DNA of 64,000 bases, from contig JAOTYE010000009.1 of the NCBI GenBank assembly GCA_029862045.1, positions 39,314 to 103,313 on the forward strand, in the 5' to 3' direction. The first letter of the stretch is position 1. Each line of letters begins with the position of its first letter. Source of the stretch: Gammaproteobacteria bacterium (GTDB lineage Bacteria; Pseudomonadota; Gammaproteobacteria; Steroidobacterales; Woeseiaceae). The notes below the pieces were generated by a model. It did not search any database. It saw only the letters and a program-made list of their open reading frames with translations, and was not told where the DNA came from. The position numbers were made by a program, and so were the translations under genes. Below, piece after piece: positions 27,448-37,551 of the stretch.

Positions 27448-27849
27448 ATGAAGACAAAATGGCTGATGATGTCGAGTGCGGTATTCCTTGCCGCACTTGG
27501 TCTTGCGACTTCGTATATGCCGGAAAGAGTACTGGGAATGCACGGCACGGTTCCCGATAACGCGACACTCTTACTCGTGCAAATGATGGGTGCTCTGTAC
27601 CTCGGTTTCGCGCTGCTCAACTGGACTGCGCGCGGCGTACTGATGGGCGGCATCTATGCGCGGCCGCTCGCGCTCGGCAATTTCCTGCACTTCGCGATGG
27701 TTGCCGTGATGCTAACCAGGGCTGCGATCGCACACGGCGTTGTTCAGCTCGCGACGAGCGCGTTCGTGTTCTCCGTATTCGCGATCTGGTTCGGTGTCGT
27801 GCTGTTCACGCACCCCGGCAAGCCTGCTTCGAACGGGGTCTCGAAGTAA
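27448..27849 (+). CDS. hypothetical four-TM membrane protein
   Basis: 133 aa with four clear hydrophobic helices. Its 3' end overlaps the convergent protease ORF by 138 nt. Confidence 0.55.
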   Translation: MKTKWLMMSSAVFLAALGLATSYMPERVLGMHGTVPDNATLLLVQMMGALYLGFALLNWTARGVLMGGIYARPLALGNFLHFAMVAVMLTRAAIAHGVVQLATSAFVFSVFAIWFGVVLFTHPGKPASNGVSK

Positions 27850-28818
27850 CAACTGAGAGCTATCTCCTGTGCCGGTTACATCCATCTCATCCATTGCAGC
27901 TTTGACAAGCAAGCGGGTCCGGGCGAAGTCGATAATAAAGTCGCGCTGGGTGAACAGGCCGGCACCCAAAATCGCACACGGGCCGTCACCCCTTAATAAC
28001 TTTGTAAAGATTTCGAGTTCAGCGATCGAAAACACTTCATTTCGCCAACGTATGCGTCCTGTCGTCACTTCGTCGATCCTGAACCGGGCCACAACGTCCG
28101 TCGTCTCAATCGCCCCAGAGAACTGATCGTCGCCTCGCGAATCGACCGGGTCGAGGCCAAGACTGTTCGCCGCAGGCCAGTTGATCATATTTGGGCCGGC
28201 GCCGAGGTCGAATATCGCCGGTATCCTCTGACCCGCGATTTCGATCTCGAAAAAGTACAATGCTGCACCGCTTTTCCCGACGGGTTCGGGTTGCAGCTGG
28301 ATGGAGGTCCAGTCGCGAAAAGATCTGCCGCTGATAAGGTCGGGTGGGTACAGGCGTACGACACGATCTCGAACGGAAAACCCAACGGCGTACCGCCGCA
28401 GGAAATCGACACCCAGGATGCCGTCAATGCCGCGGCTGACAAGGGTCTCGCCAGGGATTGAGGCAATCCTGGGTGCGGCCCAAACCTCACGTCCGACGGA
28501 CAGGTGGTCGATATTGAGTAATGGAAATTGCCCCGTGGCCACGGCCCCGTGAATGGTCACCGCTTCGCCCTGAACGGGTTCAAGTGCAAGGTCGTTTCGA
28601 AGTTTGTCGAAGACGACGGAGATACTGGCGGCAGTATCAAGCGCGAACTCAAAAGGTCCTTGTCCGTTTACTCTCACTTCAACGATGATTAGCCCGTTAT
28701 CATTGATGTCATAGGGCGCGACCGCGAGCGCACTATCCTGGTCGATCACGGCGGCGCAACCCCACAGCACAAAGACCGCTGCCAGCCCAAGGATTTCGAG
28801 GATCAGCTTCACAGGCAC
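27712..28818 (-). CDS. retropepsin-like (clan AA) aspartic protease lipoprotein, two-lobed
   Basis: Lipobox VLWGC|AA. First lobe IIVEVRVNGQGPFEFALDTAASISVV (D-T-A), second lobe IPAIFDLGAGPNMI (D-L-G). The last ~46 codons are low-quality sequence antisense to the 133-aa membrane protein gene. Confidence 0.7.
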   Translation of the reverse strand: MPVKLILEILGLAAVFVLWGCAAVIDQDSALAVAPYDINDNGLIIVEVRVNGQGPFEFALDTAASISVVFDKLRNDLALEPVQGEAVTIHGAVATGQFPLLNIDHLSVGREVWAAPRIASIPGETLVSRGIDGILGVDFLRRYAVGFSVRDRVVRLYPPDLISGRSFRDWTSIQLQPEPVGKSGAALYFFEIEIAGQRIPAIFDLGAGPNMINWPAANSLGLDPVDSRGDDQFSGAIETTDVVARFRIDEVTTGRIRWRNEVFSIAELEIFTKLLRGDGPCAILGAGLFTQRDFIIDFARTRLLVKAAMDEMDVTGTGDSSQLLLRDPVRSRLAGVREQHDTEPDREYGEHERARRELNNAVCDRSPG

Positions 28819-28844
28819 GACTCACTCATCTTGTGTCACCTGAT

Positions 28845-30710
28845 CTATAGACTGAGATCCAGTCCGACAATCAGCGGATCGTGATCGGAGGCCCGATACG
28901 GCGTGGCACCGTCAAACAGCGCCGGGTCACGACCCGATTCGAGGTTGTAATCGAGTACGCGCGGTTCGTCCGCGTTGATATGCCACTCCACGACGTCTGC
29001 GACTTGCGGGGTCAGGCTCGCCGAAGACAGCGCGTGATCCAGAGCGCCGGATTGTCCGTCGAAAACGAAAGAGTAGGTATCGAGCCCGGTTGCCGTCGCG
29101 GTGAGATTGCTGAAGCCGGCGCTCTTGAACGTCGTGATCGGGTCTTCGAGCATGTACGCATTCAGGTCGCCGATAATCAAAAAGTCCGGATCCCCGCTCG
29201 CGGTCGGGTCGGAGTTGAGCCAGTCTGCGATCGCGGCGGCCGCGTCAGTCCGGGTGCCATTGCAATTACCCTGGCCATCACTGAGGTTGAGGTCGCCGGC
29301 GGCGTCGCAATCCGACCCTTTGGACTTCAGATGATTCACGACGACGGTCAGCCGGGCGCCGTTCGAACTTTGCGCAAACGTCTGCGCGAGTGCCGGTCGG
29401 TTGCGCGAGTCGTCGAATCTCGCGTCAATGCTGGCATCGAGAGTCACGGGAGATCCAACAGGAGTTATGGACGCCGGCTTATAAAGAAAGCCTGTCTTGA
29501 TGGCATCATCACCAATCGTACCTGTGTTCACGAAAGCGTAAGTGCCGGCGCCGAGCCGGGAATTCAGTTCATCGATGATCTGCTGCAGAGAATCACTCGC
29601 ATTGTTCTCGAGTTCGATCAGTCCGACGATATCGGCATCAATCATCGCGAGAGCAGTAACAACTTTCGCGAGCTGTCGCCGCAGCTCCTCGCTGCTATCA
29701 GCGCCTCGGCAGTTCGCGTTCGCCGCAGGACCACATACAGGCTGACCGGCATCTATGCCCGTAAAGAAATTCAGTACGTTCATACTTGCGATGCGAATCC
29801 CGCCGTTGACGACAGGTGCTCCTGGTCTGGGATTCATCGAAGTAAACTGCGGATCCTCGGTCGGCATCAACCGATACGTCTCGGTGCCGTCTGCACCACT
29901 ACCCCTCGAAAAACGTAGTACGCCTGTTACGCCACTGATCTGATCGCCAACGCGAATCGAATAACCAGGTGCCGGGCCTGCTGTGAGATAACGAATGGGC
30001 GTTGCGTTCGATACGCGCAGGCCATCATCAAGAACAATACGCCGTGCGGCGATCGCTTCGCGATACGCGCCATAACCCGCTACATCGGGAACATTACGAT
30101 TTGTGAACTGATACTGCCGGCCACCCCCGGTCAGCACGACGTCTCCAAAACGCTCGATGTCACGTAGCTCCGACACAGTCAGCGCTTGCGGAAACCGAAC
30201 AAGCATGCCCTCATAGCGTTCGAGATCGGCGATCAAAATCCCGTCACTGTTCATGCGGGTTGCGGCCACGGGCAAGTTGATGGGGGCCGCCAGGAGTCCC
30301 CCGCTGCCAATTATCGTCACATTGTCGACCGTGATCTGTGTTTCACCGAAGTACTCGTTGACTGTGCCTGTAACACGCACGACATCACCCGCGGAAACAC
30401 CAACGACCGGATTGTTGCCGTCGAACACGAACACACCGTCTGATGTAGCAAAATCAGCGTCCGGTACATTCTGAACAAAAAAACCGCCGAGATTTCGCGC
30501 GCTGTCAGTGTCGCCGTCCTGGAAGTCTCCGGTTACGATGCCTTCGACGGTTACGGACTGCCCATCCAGTGGACTGGATGCACCGTCTCCCTGAACGTCA
30601 TATATCGCCGTGAGCACCGAGTCATTTGGTGGGGGCGAATTGGAATTGCCACCACCACCGCAAGACGCGAGGCAAGCGATGCAATATAAAAAGACACACA
30701 GCTGGCGCAT
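28845..30710 (-). CDS. ExeM/NucH family extracellular endonuclease (EEP fold) lipoprotein
   Basis: Start ATG 30710 gives MRQLCVFLYCIACLASC|GGG. N-terminal block IYDVQGDGASSPLDGQSVTVEGIVTGDF, EEP motifs IASMNVLNFF and C-terminal SDHDPLIVGLDL. Confidence 0.85.
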   Translation of the reverse strand: MRQLCVFLYCIACLASCGGGGNSNSPPPNDSVLTAIYDVQGDGASSPLDGQSVTVEGIVTGDFQDGDTDSARNLGGFFVQNVPDADFATSDGVFVFDGNNPVVGVSAGDVVRVTGTVNEYFGETQITVDNVTIIGSGGLLAAPINLPVAATRMNSDGILIADLERYEGMLVRFPQALTVSELRDIERFGDVVLTGGGRQYQFTNRNVPDVAGYGAYREAIAARRIVLDDGLRVSNATPIRYLTAGPAPGYSIRVGDQISGVTGVLRFSRGSGADGTETYRLMPTEDPQFTSMNPRPGAPVVNGGIRIASMNVLNFFTGIDAGQPVCGPAANANCRGADSSEELRRQLAKVVTALAMIDADIVGLIELENNASDSLQQIIDELNSRLGAGTYAFVNTGTIGDDAIKTGFLYKPASITPVGSPVTLDASIDARFDDSRNRPALAQTFAQSSNGARLTVVVNHLKSKGSDCDAAGDLNLSDGQGNCNGTRTDAAAAIADWLNSDPTASGDPDFLIIGDLNAYMLEDPITTFKSAGFSNLTATATGLDTYSFVFDGQSGALDHALSSASLTPQVADVVEWHINADEPRVLDYNLESGRDPALFDGATPYRASDHDPLIVGLDLSL

Positions 30711-30756
30711 ATCGCGAATTTTGCGCCAGATCAGGGCGAAAGTCTTGCGTTCGGCA

Positions 30757-31455
30757 TCACGCCATGTCGAACAGCAGCATCTCCGATCTTGCGGCCGCAC
30801 GAATCGACAACGATTCCTGATCCTGTGTTGCAATAGCATCACCGGCGACCAGTTTCTGACCTTCTATATCGACAGCGCCTTTCACAATCTGCAGGAACCC
30901 GCGGCGACGGCCATCGAACGTAAAGTCGATCGTATCGTTTTCGTCGAGCACACTCGAGTACAGATTAACGTCCTGATGAATCGTCAATGAGCCATCACGA
31001 CCGTCGCGGGATCCGACGAGGCGCCATTGCTTGCGTTTCTCGTCCGTCGGAAACAGTTTTTGTTCGTATCCCGGCTCGAGACCGTTGCGCTCCGGCAATA
31101 TCCAGATCTGCAAGAGGTGTGCCTGGTCATCCGCCGAATGATTGAACTCGCTGTGCATTACGCCCGTGCCGGCCGTCATTCTCTGCAACTCGCCGGGCCG
31201 GATTATGGACCCATTACCCATGCTGTCTTTGTGCTCCAGCGCGCCGTCGATCATGTAAGTAACAATCTCCATGTCGCGGTGCGGGTGTGTACCGAAACCC
31301 TGGCCGGGCTCGATCCAGTCCTCGTTGACGACGCGCAGTTTGGCGAAACCCATTCTCGATGGGTTGTGATAGTCCGCAAATGAAAACGTGTGCTTGCTCT
31401 TCAGCCAGCCATGGTCAGCAGTACCGCGACTATTTGAGCGGATTACATCAATCAC
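30757..31455 (-). CDS. pirin family protein
   Basis: GTG 31455 lies 6 nt after GGAG. Motifs RGTADHGWLKSKHTFSFADY and GFGTHPHRDMEIVTY. Confidence 0.9.
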   Translation of the reverse strand: MIDVIRSNSRGTADHGWLKSKHTFSFADYHNPSRMGFAKLRVVNEDWIEPGQGFGTHPHRDMEIVTYMIDGALEHKDSMGNGSIIRPGELQRMTAGTGVMHSEFNHSADDQAHLLQIWILPERNGLEPGYEQKLFPTDEKRKQWRLVGSRDGRDGSLTIHQDVNLYSSVLDENDTIDFTFDGRRRGFLQIVKGAVDIEGQKLVAGDAIATQDQESLSIRAAARSEMLLFDMA

Positions 31456-31606
31456 TTGTATCTCCAGTTGATTATTGACCGATATAATACAGACAAGCAT
31501 ATCCTAGCCGATTTTGAGCAAGCTGGGTCTGCTGCACTTGCCCGGCTGGTATGAACGCTGGCTGTTGAGACTTGTCAAAAACGACAGTGGTGTTAGGAAT
31601 TATCGA

Positions 31607-31987
31607 ATGATACGAATGATCTTGTTTACATTGCTGATGATTGTCGCGTCCCTTACCGGCGCGAGCCAAACCGTCAAAGAGTTTTCGGGCAGCGCAAATA
31701 CGACGACGCCGATGTTCACCGTGGACTCCCCGTGGCTCCTGGACTGGCGCCTGGACGGCGATTATGATTCGCTCGTCGCTTTGGATATCACGCTCGTCGA
31801 AGCGCGGACCGGGCGTCACGTTGGACGCGTGCTGCATACCAAGTACAAGGGCAATGGCGTCAAATTGTTTAACGACGGTGGCAGCTATCAACTGCGCGTC
31901 AGTTCGACGTTTGGGCGCTGGCGCATCAAGATTCAACAGATCACGCACGAAGAAGCAAAGCTCTACACGCCACGGCGAAATAACTAG
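31607..31987 (+). CDS. hypothetical small periplasmic protein
   Basis: ATG 31607 after AGGA. Signal peptide MIRMILFTLLMIVASLTGASQ. 126 aa, no recognised motif. Confidence 0.5.
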   Translation: MIRMILFTLLMIVASLTGASQTVKEFSGSANTTTPMFTVDSPWLLDWRLDGDYDSLVALDITLVEARTGRHVGRVLHTKYKGNGVKLFNDGGSYQLRVSSTFGRWRIKIQQITHEEAKLYTPRRNN

Positions 31988-32553
31988 AAATAATCGGGCT
32001 CGTTACCCGGTTTCCATTTGATACTGCAGCCGATACTCGGCTTCTGCCTTGAGCTGACCTCTTCACCGGACAGGATCGCATCGAGTGCGGCCCTGACGTC
32101 GCGGCCATCCACAGGTTCACTGTTCGATGGGCGGCTGTCGTCGAGTTGTCCGCGGTATACCAGTAACCGCTCGGCATCGAAGACAAACACATCAGGTGTG
32201 CACGCGGCCATATAGGCTTTCGCGACCGATTGGTCGGCATCGAACAGGTAGGGAAAAGAATACCCCCATTTCGCCGCCTCTTGCTTCATTTTTGATGGGC
32301 TATCGTCCGGGTATCTTTCTATGTCGTTGCTGTTTATCGCATAAATGGCCACGTTGCGCCTGCCGTAGGCTCGTCCCAGACGAGCGAGTTCCTCGCGAAC
32401 GTGCATAACGAACGGGCAGTGGTTGCAGATGAACATGACGACATAGGCATCGGCGCCATCCGCGAGGGAGTGCAAATTCCCGTCGGAGTCCGGCAACGAG
32501 AATTCCAGTGCCTTCGTCCCGATAGGGAGCATTTGTGATTCGACTGCAGGCAT
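31984..32553 (-). CDS. thioredoxin-fold (AhpC/TSA-like) protein
   Basis: Redox motif FICNHCPFV (CxxC) following LPDSDGNLHSL. 189 aa. Confidence 0.85.
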   Translation of the reverse strand: MPAVESQMLPIGTKALEFSLPDSDGNLHSLADGADAYVVMFICNHCPFVMHVREELARLGRAYGRRNVAIYAINSNDIERYPDDSPSKMKQEAAKWGYSFPYLFDADQSVAKAYMAACTPDVFVFDAERLLVYRGQLDDSRPSNSEPVDGRDVRAALDAILSGEEVSSRQKPSIGCSIKWKPGNEPDYF

Positions 32554-32625
32554 ATTTGCGCTTCTTCAGCAGGGTGTTTCATCTTATGCGATCATGCGGG
32601 TACGATACAATCGGCGGCTAAGCGC

Positions 32626-33693
32626 TTGATCGATACGACACAAAACAGGGGCAGCGGCGTAATCAGTTTCGCTGCTGTTATCGTCATCGTTATTGGCCTG
32701 CAAATGGCCAAAGACCTGCTCGTGCCGTTTCTGGTTGCAGCGTTTCTCGCGCTGATCACGGTCCGACCCATGTTGTGGATGCAAAAAAACCGCGTCCCGG
32801 CCATTCTCGCTGCGTTGATCATCGTGTCGGTCATCATGCTGATACTCGCGATCGTCGGCACGATCGTCGGCGCGTCGATCGCAGAGTTCACTGCCGCATT
32901 GCCAGGCTACCAGGAGCGGCTCGACGCGATTGTCGAGGGTGTTATTAGCTTCGTTGCCAGGCTGTTCGGCGGCGAAGAAGCGTTCGAAAACCTCGGGGAC
33001 ATGATCGATCCTGGTTGGGCGATGGGTCTTGCGGCGACAATCCTGAACAGTCTCAAGGATGTGTTGACCAATTTTTTCCTGATTATTTTCACGATGGTTT
33101 TCATGTTGCTTGAGGCGTCTACGGTCGAGACGAAAGTCGCAGCCGCATTCGGGCGCAGCACCCAGTCGCTGAAGCGCCCGCGCATTTTTCTGGCAAATCT
33201 GGGTCGCTACCTCGGCATCAAGACCGTGGTCAGCATCGCGACCGGGCTTGCAGCAGGCCTTTTGACATGGGCGCTCGGCCTCGACTTCCCGCTGTTGTGG
33301 GCGATGTTGGCTTTTCTTTTGAATTATGTACCGAACATCGGTTCGATTATCGCGGCTGTTCCTGCGGTGCTGATGGCGCTCGTGCAGCTCGGTCCGGGTG
33401 GGGCCTCGGCAACGGCGATCGGTTTCATCGCGATAAACATGATCTTCGGCAATATGATCGAGCCGCGACTGATGGGCTATGGCGTCGGTATCTCGCCGCT
33501 CATCGTATTCATCGGCCTGGTGTTTTGGGGCTGGGTGTTCGGTCCGGTCGGATTGCTGTTGTCGGTGCCACTGACGATGACGCTTAAGCTCGCGCTCGAA
33601 AGCGACAAGCGGACGCGTTGGATCGCGATATTGATAGGGTCGGAGGGCGATGCTCAGTACGCGCTGATGAAAAAGCAGCAAGCGCAGAGTTGA
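32626..33693 (+). CDS. AI-2E family (PerM/UPF0118) transporter
   Basis: 355 aa, polytopic. C-terminal block VFWGWVFGPVGLLLSVPLT is typical of the family. Confidence 0.85.
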   Translation: MIDTTQNRGSGVISFAAVIVIVIGLQMAKDLLVPFLVAAFLALITVRPMLWMQKNRVPAILAALIIVSVIMLILAIVGTIVGASIAEFTAALPGYQERLDAIVEGVISFVARLFGGEEAFENLGDMIDPGWAMGLAATILNSLKDVLTNFFLIIFTMVFMLLEASTVETKVAAAFGRSTQSLKRPRIFLANLGRYLGIKTVVSIATGLAAGLLTWALGLDFPLLWAMLAFLLNYVPNIGSIIAAVPAVLMALVQLGPGGASATAIGFIAINMIFGNMIEPRLMGYGVGISPLIVFIGLVFWGWVFGPVGLLLSVPLTMTLKLALESDKRTRWIAILIGSEGDAQYALMKKQQAQS

Positions 33694-33702
33694 TCCGGTT
33701 TC

Positions 33703-34146
33703 TTAAGCGTACTCCCGCTCGACCGGTTCAGTAGTCTCTATTTGCTCGAGCAGATTAATTGCCACACCGACGAAGTCGGTGTCCGTGATAATGCCACGGA
33801 GCTTGCCGTCCGTAACGACAGGCAGGCAGCCTATCTTGTGTTTTTCGAGGAATAGCGCCGCCTGTCTCAGGCTCGCATGTTCGTCGACGGTCGCGAGATC
33901 CGTGACCATGACGTCCTTAACGCAGATGTCCTCGGCGTGAATGCGGTTCTCGCGGTCGCGCAGCGATGAATCGGTGCCAGCCAAAACGTTTGTCAGTGTA
34001 ATCAAACCGACAAGCTCCCGATCGTCAGCCACGATGGGCAGGTGGTGGATACGGTTGGACTGCATAAGTGACCTGGCCTCAGCCAGATTCGCTGTCGGTG
34101 GCAGCGTAATCAGGTCGGTACTCATGATGGCCTCGATGCTGAACAT
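33703..34146 (-). CDS. CBS domain-pair protein
   Basis: 147 aa with two CBS repeats (IHHLPIVADDRELVGLIT and IGCLPVVTDGKLRGIIT). Confidence 0.85.
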   Translation of the reverse strand: MFSIEAIMSTDLITLPPTANLAEARSLMQSNRIHHLPIVADDRELVGLITLTNVLAGTDSSLRDRENRIHAEDICVKDVMVTDLATVDEHASLRQAALFLEKHKIGCLPVVTDGKLRGIITDTDFVGVAINLLEQIETTEPVEREYA

Positions 34147-34299
34147 GACCTTATCCTCTGCTCTTCGAATACCTTCAGTCTATCCCCTGAGGCCACCTGC
34201 ACCATTGCGAAAAACACGTATTTCTCGATGCGCTGGCCTGGCTGTACCATCAGATCATGGTTCAGGGACGATTCAGCCAATACTGCTCTATACTGAAGC

Positions 34300-35085
34300 A
34301 TGCAACGCTTTCACGAGTTTAGGGGGACGCCATTGATTGCATGTGCATTGCTGGTCACCCTCGTGGCGATGCCGTTGAATATTGCCGAGTCGGCGCAACG
34401 CGATGCGACACAGATCGTGCGTGACGCCGTCAACCACTGGCGTGGTCTTTCGTCGGATGGTGTTATGACAATGGTAATTCATCGCCCGGACTGGGAGCGT
34501 TCGATGACGATGCGCGCATGGACCAAAGGCGACGACCGCACACTCGTGAGGGTTCTCGAACCACGCAAGGATCGGGGCAACGGTACGCTGACGGACGAAG
34601 ACAGCATGTGGACGTATTCGCCCAAGGTGAATCGAGTCATCAAGATACCGTCATCGATGATGGGCCAGAGCTGGATGGGCTCCGACTTCTCGAACAAAGA
34701 CGTTGCGCGTATGGACGACATTATTGATCAATACGATCATTCAATCCTCAGTGTCGAGGAAGTCGATGGCGTTACCGTCTACGAAATCCAGTCCATCCCG
34801 CATGAAGATGCCGCGGTTGTATGGGGCAGGGAAGTGCTTCGCATCAGTGAGGATCATGTCGTCCTGACGCACAAATTTTATGATCAGGATGACGAGCTCG
34901 TAAAAGTGCTGACGTCGCTCGAGATCGGCGAGATGGGTGGGCGAGTGATCGCTCAGCGTCAACGTATGGGTAAGGTCGATACGCCCGATGAGTGGACCGA
35001 AATACAGGTTGTATCAGTAGATTACGAGGTGGAACTCAAAGACAGTCTGTTTACACTATCTAATCTACGCAACCCAAGAGACTGA
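34300..35085 (+). CDS. LolA-like outer-membrane lipoprotein-sorting protein
   Basis: Signal peptide. Blocks TMRAWTKGDDRTLVRVLEPRKDRGNGTL and MWTYSPKVNRVIKIPSSMMGQSWMGSDFSNKD resemble the LolA-like family as recalled. Confidence 0.7.
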   Translation: MQRFHEFRGTPLIACALLVTLVAMPLNIAESAQRDATQIVRDAVNHWRGLSSDGVMTMVIHRPDWERSMTMRAWTKGDDRTLVRVLEPRKDRGNGTLTDEDSMWTYSPKVNRVIKIPSSMMGQSWMGSDFSNKDVARMDDIIDQYDHSILSVEEVDGVTVYEIQSIPHEDAAVVWGREVLRISEDHVVLTHKFYDQDDELVKVLTSLEIGEMGGRVIAQRQRMGKVDTPDEWTEIQVVSVDYEVELKDSLFTLSNLRNPRD

Positions 35086-35090
35086 TCCGC

Positions 35091-36320
35091 GTGAACCTTG
35101 TCTTTCGGCTGGCGTGGCGCAACCTGTGGCGGCATCCACGACGCACCTGGCTAACGACTGGTGCGATGGTGTTTTCGAACACACTGCTCGTGTTCATGAT
35201 CGCGCTGCAATTCGGCATGTACGATCTCATGATCGACAACACACTGCAGGCGTTTACGGGACATTTGCAGATTCAGGCGCCGGGATACAAAGACGATCAG
35301 AAGATGCGCCAGACCGTGGCCGATATCGTGCCGCTGGCCGAGTCATTGCGCGCCGAATTGACGACGGCAAGCATCGCAGCACGCGGCACCGCTTTCGCGC
35401 TGGTTTCGAGCGAGGAGCGCAGTTATGGCATCGCCGTATTCGGCGTCGAGCCTGAGTTCGAATCAAACGTCTCGACGATTCCCGGCCTGATCTCGAAAGG
35501 GCGCTTTCTCGGCGCCAGCGATGCGGCCGAGATTATCATCGGCGCGGCGCTGGCGCGAAATCTGCGCGTGGATCTCGGCGATGAGCTGACTTTACTCGGC
35601 AGCGGTCGCGACGGTTCGTTCGCTGCCGCCGTCGTCAATATCGTTGGGATATTCGACAGCGGTGTCGCCGACTTCGATCGCAGCATGACCGAGATACCCC
35701 TTGGCTTGTTTCAGGACGTCTTTTACATGAATGGCAGCGGCCATCATGTCGTGTTCGACGCGGGTGGTATCGACGGCGTTGCCGAATTGCAGAGCCGCGT
35801 CGGATCGCTGTTACCGCCCGGACAGGATCTCGTTGTACACGACTGGGACGCCCTGCAGCCGGGACTCAAACAGGCTATTAAAGCGGATATGAGCAGCGCC
35901 TTCTTCATGTACGGAATTCTCGTCATTCTCGTCGCGTTCAGTGTGCTCAACACACAATTGATGTCGGTGCTCGAACGCACGCATGAGTTCGGCATTGTCA
36001 TGTCACTGGGTCTGACGCCCGGACGACTCGGACGCCTCGTGTTGCTGGAGACCGCGATCATGGGGGCACTCGGACTCATACTCGGCGCGATTCTTGGTGG
36101 GGTCATAACCTTCTGGCTTGGCATTAGAGGTTTCGCCTATCCCGGCATGGAAGAACTGGCCGCCAAATTCAATCTGCCGGCGCGTTTCTTCCCGCAGGTA
36201 TCTGCGATGACCCTGCTGATAGGCCCGGCGGTCGTGTTTCTGTTTACGCTACTTGCGGCGGTCTACCCGGCGTTGCGGCTACACCGATTGCACCCCGTCG
36301 AAGCGATGCGGGCCGTCTGA
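35091..36320 (+). CDS. ABC transporter permease, FtsX/LolCE-like (copy 1)
   Basis: GTG start. N-terminus LAWRNLWRHPRRT. Large periplasmic loop followed by a C-terminal three-TM FtsX domain. 409 aa. Confidence 0.85.
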   Translation: MNLVFRLAWRNLWRHPRRTWLTTGAMVFSNTLLVFMIALQFGMYDLMIDNTLQAFTGHLQIQAPGYKDDQKMRQTVADIVPLAESLRAELTTASIAARGTAFALVSSEERSYGIAVFGVEPEFESNVSTIPGLISKGRFLGASDAAEIIIGAALARNLRVDLGDELTLLGSGRDGSFAAAVVNIVGIFDSGVADFDRSMTEIPLGLFQDVFYMNGSGHHVVFDAGGIDGVAELQSRVGSLLPPGQDLVVHDWDALQPGLKQAIKADMSSAFFMYGILVILVAFSVLNTQLMSVLERTHEFGIVMSLGLTPGRLGRLVLLETAIMGALGLILGAILGGVITFWLGIRGFAYPGMEELAAKFNLPARFFPQVSAMTLLIGPAVVFLFTLLAAVYPALRLHRLHPVEAMRAV

Positions 36321-37549
36321 TGCACAGGCTTGAAATACTTTTCCGGCTGGCCTGGCGCAACCTGTGGCGCAATCACCGCCGCACGCTGATCATGCTCATG
36401 GCCGTCGTGCTGGGCACCTGGGCCATGATTTTCATGACCGCGCTGATGCGCGGCATGGTTACCGACGTGGTCAAGGACGGCATCAGCGCGTTGCCGGGCC
36501 ATGTGCAGGTGCATCACCCCGACTATCGTGACGATCCAAGCGTAGCGAACCTGATTGCTGTCAGCGATGCGGATCTGTCCGCGCGATTCAACGCGGCCGG
36601 GTTCGTCAAGTGGGCGACGCGCGTCCGTGTACCTGCCGTCATCACAAGTGAATACGATTCTCGCGGCGTGACCTTGCTCGGTGTCGATCCCGAGTACGAA
36701 AGAGACCTGACGTTCGTCGATTACGATAGTGTAAGCGGCAGGTTCCTGGAGTCCGCCGACGACTCGGGCATAGTGATTGGTAAGAAGCTGGCTGAGACGC
36801 TTAACACCAAAGTGGGTAAGCGCATTGTGCTGATGAGCCAGGACCCCGACAACGACATCGCGGACCGCGGGTTCCGCGTTGTCGGGATGTTCGAGGCGAA
36901 TATCAAAGCCTTTGAAGAGAACTACGTCTTCGCTGGTAAAACCACGGTGCAGAAGATGTTGCGTATCGGTGATCAGGTTTCCGAACTCGTTGTTCTTGGC
37001 GGTGACTACCGCGACGTAGAAGCGGAGTACAACAAGACCGTCGAACTCATCGATGGTAGCGGCGAGGTCAAGCGTTGGTTCGAACTCGATCCTTACCTTG
37101 GCTCCATGCTCGGCGTCATGGACGGTTTCGTACTGGTCTGGATCATCGTAATCTTCCTGGCGCTGTCATTCGGCCTCGTCAATACATTGGTCATGGCGGT
37201 GTTCGAGCGTGTACGCGAAATCGGACTAATGCTGGCGCTCGGCATGCGGCCTATTAATATCCTGGGCCAGATCGTCGTCGAATCGTCGCTGCTCCTCGCA
37301 ATCGGCCTGGCCATCGGTACCGGACTATCGTGGGCGAGCGTGCAGCCGATCAAGGACGGCATCGACATATCGATTGTCGGCGATGGCCTGGACATGTGGG
37401 GCATGTCGAGTGTTCTTTATCCTGAGCTCCTGCTTTCCGACGTCATTCTGGCGAATGTCGTCGTTCTTGTACTCGGGTTTCTTGCGAGCCTGTCGCCGGC
37501 GTGGCGCGCCGCAAACTACGAACCGATCGAAGCCATAACAAAGGTCTGA
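36320..37549 (+). CDS. ABC transporter permease, FtsX/LolCE-like (copy 2)
   Basis: ATG overlaps the upstream TGA. N-terminus LAWRNLWRNHRRT. Same length (409 aa) and architecture as copy 1. Confidence 0.85.
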   Translation: MHRLEILFRLAWRNLWRNHRRTLIMLMAVVLGTWAMIFMTALMRGMVTDVVKDGISALPGHVQVHHPDYRDDPSVANLIAVSDADLSARFNAAGFVKWATRVRVPAVITSEYDSRGVTLLGVDPEYERDLTFVDYDSVSGRFLESADDSGIVIGKKLAETLNTKVGKRIVLMSQDPDNDIADRGFRVVGMFEANIKAFEENYVFAGKTTVQKMLRIGDQVSELVVLGGDYRDVEAEYNKTVELIDGSGEVKRWFELDPYLGSMLGVMDGFVLVWIIVIFLALSFGLVNTLVMAVFERVREIGLMLALGMRPINILGQIVVESSLLLAIGLAIGTGLSWASVQPIKDGIDISIVGDGLDMWGMSSVLYPELLLSDVILANVVVLVLGFLASLSPAWRAANYEPIEAITKV

Positions 37550-37551
37550 AC

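Noticed and set aside
28881-29918. 345-aa plus-strand ORF.
   Set aside because: It is antisense to the ExeM/NucH nuclease gene, with no RBS or motif.
32584-33681. 365-aa minus-strand ORF rich in R, D, H and Q.
   Set aside because: It is the mirror frame of the AI-2E transporter gene, whose hydrophobic helices and family motif are convincing. The antisense product is low-complexity with no motif.
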